Source: an uncultured Mucilaginibacter sp.
Lineage (GTDB): Bacteria > Bacteroidota > Bacteroidia > Sphingobacteriales > Sphingobacteriaceae
Direction: 5' to 3'
DNA: 57,886 bases
Assembly (NCBI GenBank): GCA_964657585.1
Contig: CAZZVY010000001.1
Span: 1 to 57,886, forward strand
Positions 28,921-38,790 of the stretch are shown here, piece by piece. Below the pieces are notes generated by a model. It was not told the origin of the DNA and did no database searches. It saw nothing but the letters and a program-made list of their open reading frames with translations. The position numbers and the translations under genes are program-made. The first letter of the stretch is position 1, and each line of letters opens with the position of its first letter.

Positions 28921-29454
28921 CTAATAAAATTCCTGACCGGATGAATAGGTTATTGTTGTAGTCCCTGATGATGTGCTTACCATCCTCACCAATGCATTAG
29001 CCGGGATAAAGCCAGTTAAACACGCCTGCTGTACCGTTACGCTTTGCAGGGCAACAGCCAGTGTTACCGTATTTGAATTAGCCAATGTCGCTACAGTAGT
29101 CCACGTGCTCCCGCTATTCGTACTATATTGCAGGGCCACGCTGCCTGATGAAGTAGCACCAATTGTTGCGGTGCAGGATATGCTGATATTATAACTTACG
29201 GACGCGTTGGCAGTGGTGCTTATGGTATAAGTGGTGCTGTTTACTGGTCTGGTTACTGTAAATATTGTTGCTGAATGAAACGCAGGTGTGTTTAACAAAT
29301 CATTATAACTACCCGAATTAACAACCTGTGGTATTGGAAGTGTATTAATAACAGGCTGTCCGTTGGCGTTCATACCAAACAGGTAAATTACGTTTTGTGC
29401 CTTAACTGTAAGCCCTAAAAAAATAACCACTAAAATTAAAATTATCCTTTTCAT
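28921..29454 (-). CDS. Fibre-like protein with Sec signal peptide
   Basis: MKRIILILVVIFLGLTVKAQ; SGSYNDLLNTP fibre-type motif; Ser/Thr-rich beta domain. Confidence 0.65.
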   Translation of the reverse strand: MKRIILILVVIFLGLTVKAQNVIYLFGMNANGQPVINTLPIPQVVNSGSYNDLLNTPAFHSATIFTVTRPVNSTTYTISTTANASVSYNISISCTATIGATSSGSVALQYSTNSGSTWTTVATLANSNTVTLAVALQSVTVQQACLTGFIPANALVRMVSTSSGTTTITYSSGQEFY

Positions 29455-29459
29455 TGTTT

Positions 29460-32400
29460 TTATTGTAAGAATCCGAAAAGAGTTATTGTAACATTTCCAA
29501 CGCCACCTGTTGTAATTTGATAGTTAACAACGCCCCCCGCAGGCACAGCTAAACTCATGCCAGTGCTTGTAAAGAAAAACACTTTATTAACAGCATTTAA
29601 TCCGGCTATAACCGTGCTTGCAAATATATCACCAGGCGTTGTTGTATAAACATTGGCGGTATGTCCCGTTGTAACGCCTGTTAATGCCCGTACAGCCACT
29701 TTTGTTACCGTAAGTATCTTTCCTGTAGGTACGGTATATAAAACCGTTGTGGCTACTGTTGCTGAATTTACAAGGGTAACTACTGAAAGTATATTATCAG
29801 CAGGAATTGGATTTGTAATGTCTAAATTACTTCCATCTGAAACCAAGTCTACAGCGGTATTTTGAATAGATAAAACAACACTTGAACCGCCGTCAATTAA
29901 CCCCGATGCAGGTGTTACAGTTACCGTATTTGCTGTTGCATCGGTTTTTTTAATTACGTATGAACCAATAACAGTTGTTGGAACGGTGACTATTATATTG
30001 CCTGAAGATGCGTTGGCAAGTATCGTTATATTTTGGCCTGCTATAGATGGGATTTGCACCGATCCGACAATAGGTACTACCTGTTGTAATGGGCTGAATA
30101 AAGCCGCGGCCTTTGTCCCGACACCAGCAATATCAAAGTTTCCCGTAAATGGGGCATTAAATTTATAACTATATCCTAAAACAGCCTGCTGAACGATATA
30201 AGATATACTATACGCGCCAATATCTGGGGTTAAGAAAAATGGATTGCCGGTATAATCAAAAGGTGCTGCACCATTTATACTGCCAGCCGCTTTAACAGGA
30301 CTTGTTGACAACGGTATGAAATCAGTTGCTTTGGTTGGTGTTGTTTCATTCGTTAAAAGCGGATCGGTGTTTATTCCTGCTGTATCGTATCCTGCTCCCT
30401 GCCATAATGTCCATGTTGAATAAAGATTACATATAGGCTGTCCGTTAGGGTTCCAAACATCGTTGTTGTTTATGGTAAGGTTTGTTGGTAACGCCGATAA
30501 CCCATTTGCTGATATAAAATAAACAGGAATATTTGAAGCGGTAGGAACCTGATTGATTAAAATATTGTTTTGTATGATTATCTGATCTGCCTGTTGTTCG
30601 TTTACAATGGTCACCCCGTTAAATTGCTGTGAATCGGGCCCTACTAAAATATTTGTTCCGGTAGAAGCTGAACCGCTTATAATAAACGTGTTGTTGTAAA
30701 TAGTCGCGTATTGAGCCGCTTTGGTGTACCCTGCCGCCCCACCCTGTAACGATGAAGAAAAAAACAGGTTATCAAATGCCTGCGCTTTTGCAGTAGAACT
30801 TCCCTTTGTAAGTTTTAGTAAAAACCCTATACTTCCGCCGCTTTGTATGTTCTGATAAATCTTACCCCTTGTTACGCAAAATAAGGCAAGCATGTGCGTT
30901 TCAATCGTGGTGTTGGTAGTTGATACGGTATTTTTATAGAGCAGGCAATCAGTGATACCATAAGGGCCTGTAAGGAACCCAAATAATAGAGCATGTGTCG
31001 TGTCGGTAGTCCACGATGTGCCGTTTGCAGAGGTTAATATGCTTCCTGCGGTCACTGTAGTGTTTTCTTGTATCAACACATAATTTGTCCCGTCAATAGT
31101 CCCAGTATAGCTTAAAACAAGGTGAACTTTTGTCGATGGGTTTACCTTTGTCCTGTTGGCGAAGTTAAACTGAAAAGGCTGTGCACTCGTTGTAAGTGAA
31201 CTGGCTGAAAGAACAGTACTCGCTGTTTCTACAAGTGTTCCCGGTACACCTGCATTATCAAGGTAGCAAGAACAGTTTATAGTCCCGGTAGGAGAACCTG
31301 TTTTTAATAAGTTCACGATAAATGAACCTAAGTAAGAATAATGACTATAGGTTATCGCTGTTGTGGTTAAAAATTGGTCAACATAGGTATTTGCCGAAGT
31401 ATCGCCTAAGTTTTTATTCCCAGTTGTTGTAACGATATTTTGAACGTCGGTATGAAACCCGTCGTTACCTACCGCTATAGAGTGCTGACCGCCGTTATTT
31501 ACAACCGTGTTATTATAGATAACGGCAGCACCAAATCCATTGTTAATATAAAGCGGGTCAACATTTAAGGTCGTGCTTGAATTCGTTAATGTAGCACCGC
31601 TTACACTTGGGCACGCTGTATTTTCATTAGCACCAAACCACATTCCGTTTGTGGTATTGGTTCCCATTGTAAAGGTGAAGTTGGTTAAAACAGCTGCGGT
31701 AGGTATTGATAAGGTAGCATCTGAAAGCGGAAAAGTTACCCCGCCTAAAGTGTTGGTAATATCAAAGCTATTCATCGTTATCTGACCAACGATGCCGGCA
31801 AACTGTACAGGGAAATATGTACCAGCGGGAAACGTAGCCCTGCTTCCGTCGCTTCCTGCTGTTAGGGTAAAGTTTCCGGACGTGGTTGCAGCCACGCCAA
31901 AAACAATTGCTGATAAATTGGTAGTTGTATTAGAGTATGTCCCTCCCTTTAACGTAACATTGGTTCCTGATCCCGTGGTGAACATTTGCTGCGCAGATGA
32001 CCATGTGCTCCTGTCTACGGTCACATTTCCATTAGCACCGCCTACTATAAAAAGTTGCCCCGCAAACGTTGAATCGTTGGTATATTGATTGATAAAATAA
32101 TTTGATGTTGTACCGCCTGTAGCAATATTTAAAAAAGCGGCAAATGTAGTAGCGTTCACACCTTTGCACCGAGTGTAAGTAAAATTGCCTGTGCTATGCG
32201 GGGTTATACATGACTTTGATGTTGTTCCCTGGCAGTCAAGAACTAAGTCAATTAAGTACCCCATTGTTGCTGACGCGTCAGATGAATTTATCACCCTTGC
32301 TCCGGATGAAGATTGAATTACAACAAAATAACTTGCGGTGTACGCAGGATCGGCTTGTATGGTATTCTTTTTTGCACCTAAGTCAAGGTATCCGGAACCG

Positions 32401-32600
32401 CTTGTTTCAACATAAGGATGATTAGCTGATGTTGCGGACGTGCTTGTCGGATTGATAATACAGGTATCGCCCGTTGTGGCCATTACAGAAACGGCATGAG
32501 CAATAGTTAAAAACGGCGTGGTAATTGAAGTACCGTTATTGGTATCAACTCCAAGAGAATACCCGTTAAGGGCTAAATTTGAAACGTAGTAAGTTGCCAT
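29460..32600 (-). CDS. Tailspike/depolymerase-like parallel beta-helix protein
   Basis: TYYVS...G.D.N.G.S...PFLTI..A start; Asn/Thr-rich rungs; PDIGAY. Confidence 0.7.
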   Translation of the reverse strand: MATYYVSNLALNGYSLGVDTNNGTSITTPFLTIAHAVSVMATTGDTCIINPTSTSATSANHPYVETSGSGYLDLGAKKNTIQADPAYTASYFVVIQSSSGARVINSSDASATMGYLIDLVLDCQGTTSKSCITPHSTGNFTYTRCKGVNATTFAAFLNIATGGTTSNYFINQYTNDSTFAGQLFIVGGANGNVTVDRSTWSSAQQMFTTGSGTNVTLKGGTYSNTTTNLSAIVFGVAATTSGNFTLTAGSDGSRATFPAGTYFPVQFAGIVGQITMNSFDITNTLGGVTFPLSDATLSIPTAAVLTNFTFTMGTNTTNGMWFGANENTACPSVSGATLTNSSTTLNVDPLYINNGFGAAVIYNNTVVNNGGQHSIAVGNDGFHTDVQNIVTTTGNKNLGDTSANTYVDQFLTTTAITYSHYSYLGSFIVNLLKTGSPTGTINCSCYLDNAGVPGTLVETASTVLSASSLTTSAQPFQFNFANRTKVNPSTKVHLVLSYTGTIDGTNYVLIQENTTVTAGSILTSANGTSWTTDTTHALLFGFLTGPYGITDCLLYKNTVSTTNTTIETHMLALFCVTRGKIYQNIQSGGSIGFLLKLTKGSSTAKAQAFDNLFFSSSLQGGAAGYTKAAQYATIYNNTFIISGSASTGTNILVGPDSQQFNGVTIVNEQQADQIIIQNNILINQVPTASNIPVYFISANGLSALPTNLTINNNDVWNPNGQPICNLYSTWTLWQGAGYDTAGINTDPLLTNETTPTKATDFIPLSTSPVKAAGSINGAAPFDYTGNPFFLTPDIGAYSISYIVQQAVLGYSYKFNAPFTGNFDIAGVGTKAAALFSPLQQVVPIVGSVQIPSIAGQNITILANASSGNIIVTVPTTVIGSYVIKKTDATANTVTVTPASGLIDGGSSVVLSIQNTAVDLVSDGSNLDITNPIPADNILSVVTLVNSATVATTVLYTVPTGKILTVTKVAVRALTGVTTGHTANVYTTTPGDIFASTVIAGLNAVNKVFFFTSTGMSLAVPAGGVVNYQITTGGVGNVTITLFGFLQ

Positions 32601-32603
32601 TTT

Positions 32604-32921
32604 TTAGATAAAATCTTTTGCTGAATTAATAACTAAACGACACTTGTCATAAAAGTCCTCATTCATTCCTTCTATTGTTTCTTCCCATATTTCTAAAGAT
32701 TTATTTGCGTCTTCGTTGAAATAATGTGGGCCTCCTGCGCCGCCAATCACCAAACCAAAATCTGTAAGTATTTCTTGGCACAGATGTATAACCCTAAACT
32801 GTTCAGGGGTATATAAACCCTTTTCCGGATAGATTTCAACAGTATAAATATTACCCTCATTTTTTAATTTATCGCGAATTTCTAAAATATCGCTTACTGT
32901 TGAATTATACACGCTTGCCAT
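32604..32921 (-). CDS. Hypothetical protein inserted in the tail region
   Basis: ORF. Confidence 0.55.
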   Translation of the reverse strand: MASVYNSTVSDILEIRDKLKNEGNIYTVEIYPEKGLYTPEQFRVIHLCQEILTDFGLVIGGAGGPHYFNEDANKSLEIWEETIEGMNEDFYDKCRLVINSAKDFI

Positions 32922-33095
32922 TTATTAATTAAAATTTAGTAAAAACCCCAGTTACGCCTATAAATCTTGCATTTCTTCTTTTATTTGGAACATCATACAA
33001 ATCAAACTCATTTAATGACTTTTTACAATAATAGTATCTTATATCTACCTGCCAATAAGAATCTTTAAATATTTCTACACTATATTTATATACCA

Positions 33096-33344
33096 TTAAC
33101 TGTAAGTTAGTGATGTCCTGTTATTCCAAATATTTGCTGCCGATCCGGCGCCTGCATAAGTTATTGTTAAGGGGTTACCGTTTGTGTCATAGGTAATATA
33201 TTTTATTTGCCATAGCTCAGCAGATAAAGCCGCTCCGGGCAAAGCCTGACCTACGTATACCGGGCTTGTTCCGCCCTGATAATCAATTACAGTAGTTAAC
33301 CCTAATTGAACATACGGAAACACCCCAAATACTGCTGCTGACAT
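33096..33344 (-). CDS. Small virion-associated protein
   Basis: YVGQA.PG...WQIK...W.NRTSLTYS pattern found in tail regions. Confidence 0.6.
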   Translation of the reverse strand: MSAAVFGVFPYVQLGLTTVIDYQGGTSPVYVGQALPGAALSAELWQIKYITYDTNGNPLTITYAGAGSAANIWNNRTSLTYS

Positions 33345-33346
33345 AT

Positions 33347-34612
33347 TTAATTATCGTTTATAGTGTTAAAAAATTCCCTGTTACCGTCCGGCTTCCACAA
33401 ATATGTTGTTCTTGTTATCCCTTTATTTTCATCAGTGGCAACATTATAAAACGTGGCTGTTGTTGGTGTTCCGTCTGCAATCATTAAGGCGTAAGTAGCT
33501 ACCGATTTGTATTTAATTGAAATACTTGTTGATAACGCATAAGCAACGCCAGTTGACGTATGCGCAATATCACCATACAAATTAATTTGATTGGTTGATG
33601 CTGAACCTATGTTTACATGCGTTGCGTCTGCTGAACCAATATAAACGCCAGTATTAAGCCTTATTTGGGTTGTACCCGGCATTGAAGATAAATCCAAAAG
33701 AATAGGCGTACCTGTTACAGCGTAACCAGTTATTTGAACACCGTTGGCGAAATTACCAATCCCCGTAAATGACGCGCCGTTGACAAACGTTGGTACTTGC
33801 GTTACCGATTGATTGGGGCTTGCTAATGTAAGATAATTCGATGCTGCTGTACTTGTTTTTACATAGCCTGTTAGATTTGTAGCAAGCCTGCTTAGGCTGA
33901 CCAATTTTGTAGAATCTACCGACCATGTATAAGGTGTTCCCCCGTTAAAAGGCAAGCCGTTTATACCATAACCATTAGTCAAATAGTTTGGCGTTACCGC
34001 CGATACTGTCCATGCCCTGTTTGCTGATAAATCATAGGTTGTGCCGTTTATGGTTAGCGTTCTTGTGCTTTTAACCATAAAAGCCCTGTTTTCATCATAA
34101 ATATTATTTTGAACAAAATTAAGATAGTGGCTTGAGCTAATATCCTGTAATTTCATGCCGTTTACTGTATCCCCGGCATTGAAAGCTGAATTGTTAAAGT
34201 CGTATTGGGATGTACCTGTACTTCTATAACCGTTTAGTCCATAAAATGTAGGACTATTAAAAATGGGAACATCAAGCGTTTTTACCCCGTACACGTGTTG
34301 TGCGCCGTAAATATTTACTTTTTTAGCCGTATCATATGTTATTGTTCCTGCGGTTGAATAAACATATCCTGTGCCGGTAAGTGACGGTTGTGTACTGTGA
34401 GCGATTATGCGCGCTACTTGTATACTGTCGGTTAACTGTCGCCAAAGGTATGTCGCGCCATTATAAACGTAAAAATTTTTTGTTATACTATCCTGCCACG
34501 CTTGAAAAGTCAGCATTTGAATACCGTGGTTGGGTTTAGGGGTTGTCGGGGTAGTTTGCCCAAAAGACTTTAAGCCAATGAATAAAAATAATATTATTAA
34601 TAGTCTTTTCAT
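33347..34612 (-). CDS. Tail fibre-like protein with Sec signal peptide
   Basis: MKRLLIILFLFIGLKSFGQ; RTLTINGTTYDLSANR.W fibre motif. Confidence 0.7.
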   Translation of the reverse strand: MKRLLIILFLFIGLKSFGQTTPTTPKPNHGIQMLTFQAWQDSITKNFYVYNGATYLWRQLTDSIQVARIIAHSTQPSLTGTGYVYSTAGTITYDTAKKVNIYGAQHVYGVKTLDVPIFNSPTFYGLNGYRSTGTSQYDFNNSAFNAGDTVNGMKLQDISSSHYLNFVQNNIYDENRAFMVKSTRTLTINGTTYDLSANRAWTVSAVTPNYLTNGYGINGLPFNGGTPYTWSVDSTKLVSLSRLATNLTGYVKTSTAASNYLTLASPNQSVTQVPTFVNGASFTGIGNFANGVQITGYAVTGTPILLDLSSMPGTTQIRLNTGVYIGSADATHVNIGSASTNQINLYGDIAHTSTGVAYALSTSISIKYKSVATYALMIADGTPTTATFYNVATDENKGITRTTYLWKPDGNREFFNTINDN

Positions 34613-34671
34613 TGGCCTCTAAGGTAAGATTTTTTTGGAAATAAAAAATGTGCATATTTGTGGTATAAAAA

Positions 34672-34699
34672 TCGGTAATTCAGCCGATGTAAAATGCGA
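34672..34699 (+). repeat. Cassette 5' flank, copy 1
   Basis: TCGGTAATTCAGCCGATGTAAAATGCGA, identical to 36270-36297. Confidence 0.9.
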
Positions 34700-34703
34700 C
34701 ATT

Positions 34704-35054
34704 ATGGATATTATAGACATGAAAAGAGTGCGTGAAGCACTACCATTAAGAGCGTACGTTCAACTACGTAAGAAAAAATCAATCCCCTACATCTACATCA
34801 AAATTGCTAATCCATCAATGATGGAATATGGCAATGAAAAACAACAAGAGCAGGATATTGAAATGATTTTTGATTGGCTGCGTGAAATAGTTGGCAGACA
34901 CAATGTATCGGAGTTTTACCGCCATAGTACAGGTAGTCCGTGGGAGCTTTGGTTAAAAACAAATGTTTATGAGTTTATAAACATAACCGATGATGACATT
35001 AACGGATTTTCCAATATTGAATTGGTAAAAGACGGAAAATTAGCTACTGCTTAA
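34704..35054 (+). CDS. Moron cargo protein, hypothetical
   Basis: Antisense to the tail genes, with own promoter box (34653-34660) and terminator; start reassigned. Confidence 0.65.
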   Translation: MDIIDMKRVREALPLRAYVQLRKKKSIPYIYIKIANPSMMEYGNEKQQEQDIEMIFDWLREIVGRHNVSEFYRHSTGSPWELWLKTNVYEFINITDDDINGFSNIELVKDGKLATA

Positions 35055-35112
35055 GTTAAGTCGCATTGCCTTATGCGGTTATAAACCCTGTTTCCTAAAA
35101 AGACAGGGTTTT
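35052..35112 (+). repeat. Cassette 3' flank, copy 1, plus terminator
   Basis: 35052-35085 matches 36507-36540 at 32/34 nt; followed by AAACCCTGT/ACAGGGTTTT hairpin. Confidence 0.85.
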
Positions 35113-36051
35113 TTAATTACCCACTATTTTAGTTATGGTTGTACCTGCATTATAAAGAATACTACCGCTTCCTGTTACTACCGCTGTAGTTGTTACCGTT
35201 GATCCGTTTTGTGCCCTGAAGTCTAAAGTAGGGAATGAAAGATACATCGGCGCAATAGCGTAGTTTAACACTTGCCCTTGTCTGAAAAAGTAAAGGGTTT
35301 GCGGGTTGCCACTATTGTCGGTAAACTGTACCTTTACCCTTAATGTGTCTGTTCCTGATAAACTATTGATGTTAGCCCATGCGCCTACTCTAAAGGTATT
35401 ATCACCGCCTGTAACGTTATAATGCCCTAAAGTATCACTGGCTGTTATCCCGAATAATGCACTATTACGGGTATAGTTTAAAAAGGTTTGCGTAAGTAAA
35501 TAGGTCGCCAGTGTTGAACTTAATCCGGTTACCTGGCTTTGAGTTATTTGAATAGGGGTATTAGATGCTGCTGTTACCTGACCCTTACCGTTTACCGTCA
35601 CCGTAGACACGTTTGCAGCCGTTCCAAACGATCCTGTGTTAGTATTGACTGTTGGCAGTGTTGGATTGGGATAAGGGCCTGTAAGGTCACCTCCTGCGCT
35701 TCCTGACGGCGGCAAGGATGTTGGGAATGTTCTTAATGCTAATGTGCCGTCAAAATATTGTGAAGTTGTGCCAGTGGTAATAAGGTTCTGTTTTAATGCG
35801 GCTAAACTGTCAACCTGATATTTTTGATACCAATAGGCAAATCCGGGAGAACCTAATGCTGTGCGGTATTTTTTGGCATCGACGGTTCTTTGAAGTGAAT
35901 TACCAACCGATAACCACTGTGCGGAAGCGAAAAATGGGAATAGCATCAATATAAAAAAAGACGTTTTTTTGATAATGGCTTTAGTTTTCTTATAAATACT
36001 AAGCTGATAGTTTACTAATGCGATTATATCTTTTGTTGTTAATTTTTTCAT
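35113..36051 (-). CDS. Tail fibre-like protein with signal-like segment
   Basis: AGGDLTGPYPNP and TVTVNGKGQVTAAS fibre motifs; FFILMLFPFFASAQ. Confidence 0.7.
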   Translation of the reverse strand: MKKLTTKDIIALVNYQLSIYKKTKAIIKKTSFFILMLFPFFASAQWLSVGNSLQRTVDAKKYRTALGSPGFAYWYQKYQVDSLAALKQNLITTGTTSQYFDGTLALRTFPTSLPPSGSAGGDLTGPYPNPTLPTVNTNTGSFGTAANVSTVTVNGKGQVTAASNTPIQITQSQVTGLSSTLATYLLTQTFLNYTRNSALFGITASDTLGHYNVTGGDNTFRVGAWANINSLSGTDTLRVKVQFTDNSGNPQTLYFFRQGQVLNYAIAPMYLSFPTLDFRAQNGSTVTTTAVVTGSGSILYNAGTTITKIVGN

Positions 36052-36076
36052 GGTTTAAAGATAAGAATATTTTTTA

Positions 36077-36108
36077 TTTGCAAACGTGTTACATACTGCG
36101 TATATTTG
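36077..36108 (+). promoter_or_regulatory. Bacteroidota housekeeping-sigma promoter
   Basis: TTTG-N20-TATATTTG. Confidence 0.75.
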
Positions 36109-36112
36109 TTAC

Positions 36113-36262
36113 ATGAAGAAAGAGAAAAGAGTAACCGCTCATGTTACTAAACCAACAAAACAAGCTATAATAAAAATGGCTAAAGAACAGGACAGGTCTG
36201 AAAGTTATATAGCCGGTAAATTATTGGATACGGCTGTATTGGTTAGGGAGATTAAAGAGTAA
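36113..36262 (+). CDS. Ribbon-helix-helix (Arc/CopG-like) protein, 49 aa, not in the ORF track
   Basis: MKKEKRVTAHVTKPTKQAIIKMAKEQDRSESYIAGKLL. Confidence 0.7.
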   Translation: MKKEKRVTAHVTKPTKQAIIKMAKEQDRSESYIAGKLLDTAVLVREIKE

Positions 36263-36269
36263 TAACTTG

Positions 36270-36297
36270 TCGGTAATTCAGCCGATGTAAAATGCGA
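36270..36297 (+). repeat. Cassette 5' flank, copy 2
   Basis: Identical to 34672-34699. Confidence 0.9.
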
Positions 36298-36301
36298 GAA
36301 A

Positions 36302-36514
36302 ATGAAAAATTCAGAAATTATTAAATTATTACCAACAGACGAAGATGTTGCAAAATGGTACGATGAAAATATAGACGAAAAAGTTGCTACGGTATCCAGT
36401 AGTATTTACAAATTTAGGCTTTTTCTAAAAGAGCATATTAAAGCCAAAATAGAACCTATAAAACACAATATAGGCGGGTTTATGTACTCTGAAGAAATAA
36501 CTAAAGTAAGTTAA
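36302..36514 (+). CDS. Moron cargo protein, hypothetical
   Basis: Lies between the conserved flanks. Confidence 0.6.
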   Translation: MKNSEIIKLLPTDEDVAKWYDENIDEKVATVSSSIYKFRLFLKEHIKAKIEPIKHNIGGFMYSEEITKVS

Positions 36515-36567
36515 GTCGCATTTCCTTATGCGCTTATAAAGCGGTTTCAGCAATGAGCCGCTTTTTT
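36507..36567 (+). repeat. Cassette 3' flank, copy 2, plus terminator
   Basis: Matches 35052-35085; followed by GCGGTTTCA-GCAA-TGAGCCGC and T6. Confidence 0.85.
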
Positions 36568-36587
36568 AAACTTTTTAAAAAACTATA

Positions 36588-36893
36588 ATGGCAAAATTAA
36601 CAACTTTAGGTCACTTCGGATTTATTGAATATCCACCTTGCGATAACCCGGAATTTGAAATTAACAAAGATGGATTCTTGTTTGTCTTTGGATACAGCAC
36701 TCTTTTTTGGGAAAAACATGTAAGAATGGCAAAACAATTTAAATTCGACCTCTTAGATTATAGAATTGTTGGGAAATTTAATGATGTGAGAAATAACCTT
36801 GCTGATGTCGGCATATCAGATGAATTTTACCGTAATCAAAATATTGATACAGACAATTGTTTGGTTGTTATTAAAAAGGATTTAGATAACTGA
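36588..36893 (+). CDS. Hypothetical protein
   Basis: ORF with A-rich leader. Confidence 0.55.
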   Translation: MAKLTTLGHFGFIEYPPCDNPEFEINKDGFLFVFGYSTLFWEKHVRMAKQFKFDLLDYRIVGKFNDVRNNLADVGISDEFYRNQNIDTDNCLVVIKKDLDN

Positions 36894-37706
36894 AACAACA
36901 ATTGATTGGGTTGAGTTATTAGCAAACCCGTAAAGTCGCGCCGGGTTGAAACTTGTATCATAGGTTGTCGCAATAGAAACGCCATTAACAGTTGTAAAGA
37001 TTGGGTTTTTATTAGTTGGTAGCGCGAGAGGCAAATACCAACTTCCGTTTCCGTCCTGTAGTAGATTACTTTGATTATAGGTAAACGGTACAGCGCCACC
37101 GCTTCCTGATCCTGATGTTCCTGTAACCGGCATTACACCTGCTATGTTAATATACCCGCTTACTATTACTCCTGCCGGATAGTCAAATGTAATTGATGTT
37201 ATATCTGTAGTAGGGTCATTAGGCGTTAAGTAGGCAATAGTGCCCGGTGTTCCAAAGTCTTCCGTATAACCCGCTCCTGTTTGCACCGCCTGATAGGTAA
37301 TAAGGTTATTTCCGTAAACTTGCTTTAAAGTGTTATTGTAATTTGATAAAACAAATGGGCCTGTAGTGGTAAATGGTATCTTGCCATAAACTATATTTGT
37401 TCCGACCACTGAATTATTTACGTTAATGGTTATGCCTGAATTTTGAAAGTTAGGATCAATAGTTGCATTCGGCGGTATTCCTATCAGCTGATTAAGGCAG
37501 TCATATAAAAATGTACAGGTTATAGAAGTATAATCGCCATAATTATAACAATAAGTTAAAGCGGTTATGGTTCTGTTAAACTGTCGCGGTAAATCCCATT
37601 TAACAAAATAATTTCCTACAGCCAGTTGTAAACGGTTTTTCTCCATCAGGTTAGCTAATACAACCTGTCCGTTTAATATAGTCGCCTGTATTTGTGAACT
37701 GGTCAT
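36882..37706 (-). CDS. Virion structural protein (tail hub/adaptor-like)
   Basis: Position in the late operon; helical N-terminus followed by beta-rich domains. Confidence 0.55.
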   Translation of the reverse strand: MTSSQIQATILNGQVVLANLMEKNRLQLAVGNYFVKWDLPRQFNRTITALTYCYNYGDYTSITCTFLYDCLNQLIGIPPNATIDPNFQNSGITINVNNSVVGTNIVYGKIPFTTTGPFVLSNYNNTLKQVYGNNLITYQAVQTGAGYTEDFGTPGTIAYLTPNDPTTDITSITFDYPAGVIVSGYINIAGVMPVTGTSGSGSGGAVPFTYNQSNLLQDGNGSWYLPLALPTNKNPIFTTVNGVSIATTYDTSFNPARLYGFANNSTQSIVVSVI

Positions 37707-38176
37707 TAACTGCCCGATATTAAATTATTTGCCATTGTGATATTGTTTTGAGCCGCAATGCCTGAACCTGTCAAAGCATCAGCAATAGCTGCATTCTTAT
37801 ACATTTGGGCTATATCATAGTATCTTATATCCTCACTGCCGCAATCACAGGAACACCCTAATTGAGCAATAACCTGTGAGTAAATATAATCGTAGAACGC
37901 GGTATAAACATTATTAATTGTTCCCGTATAAGTCCCGGTATTATCAGTAATGGTTTCAGTAAAAGAATAATAAGCGTCGGAAAGTATCTGAAAAGTGGCC
38001 GTTAACGATGACCCCATATTTATCGTAGCAATAACGTTACCGTTTACATCAGCTATGTTTAATATACGTGAAACCAATGTTCCGACACCGGTAGTGGTGT
38101 CCGTGAAAAGCAGCGTCACAACATTTGTAGCTGACGGTATTGACGGTGTTACGGTTCCTGTTACTTTGGTTATCAT
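37706..38176 (-). CDS. Virion structural protein
   Basis: Beta domain, CSCDC, then a helical C-terminus; late operon. Confidence 0.55.
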   Translation of the reverse strand: MITKVTGTVTPSIPSATNVVTLLFTDTTTGVGTLVSRILNIADVNGNVIATINMGSSLTATFQILSDAYYSFTETITDNTGTYTGTINNVYTAFYDYIYSQVIAQLGCSCDCGSEDIRYYDIAQMYKNAAIADALTGSGIAAQNNITMANNLISGS

Positions 38177-38179
38177 TGC

Positions 38180-38521
38180 TTATATTCTGGACGCCTGATA
38201 CTGCTGCAACGCAATAGCCGCGTATATTTGAGGAATGTCAAGTGTTACTACCAATGCATCGGTGCTTTGTGCCGCAGTAGGAATATAAGGCAGCGTATAA
38301 ACCCAAACAGGTAAACCTGCCAAATAATTATAGCTTACTGTTACGCGCTTACAATTAATAAAGGCAGATAAGGTTGTATCGTAAATTGTATCAAGTGCCG
38401 CCTGTGTTAAATCAAAGCCCTGAACACCTGATATTGTTAATGTTCCTACTCCTGCCGCTACAGCCCATGTATAACTATACAGGTTGCTATGATTACCAGT
38501 GTTGCTTACTACTACTTTCAT
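38180..38521 (-). CDS. Putative structural protein
   Basis: Position in the late operon; beta-rich. Confidence 0.5.
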   Translation of the reverse strand: MKVVVSNTGNHSNLYSYTWAVAAGVGTLTISGVQGFDLTQAALDTIYDTTLSAFINCKRVTVSYNYLAGLPVWVYTLPYIPTAAQSTDALVVTLDIPQIYAAIALQQYQASRI

Positions 38522-38790
38522 TGGCTTTTTTTTGTAAATATAATAATTCCCGTTATAACTATTTGGAATGACCCATATGTTTTAAATTTGATTACATTTG
38601 ATAACGTAATTATAATTAGATATTAAGACGAAGGTATCCCCTTGTTGACTGCTTAATAGAGTGTCGACCGAAGTTAAGTAAGAGAGGGGTATACTAAATT
38701 ATAAAGGTTAAATTATTAAAATCAGAGCGGTACAATTCCGCGCTTTGCTATTATGCAAGGATTAATGTAATTGACAGAAGGGTTTTAACT

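Noticed and set aside
34672-35085. Cassette flanks as a split twister or pistol ribozyme
   Set aside because: The resemblance is superficial; I could not find the required pseudoknot pairings
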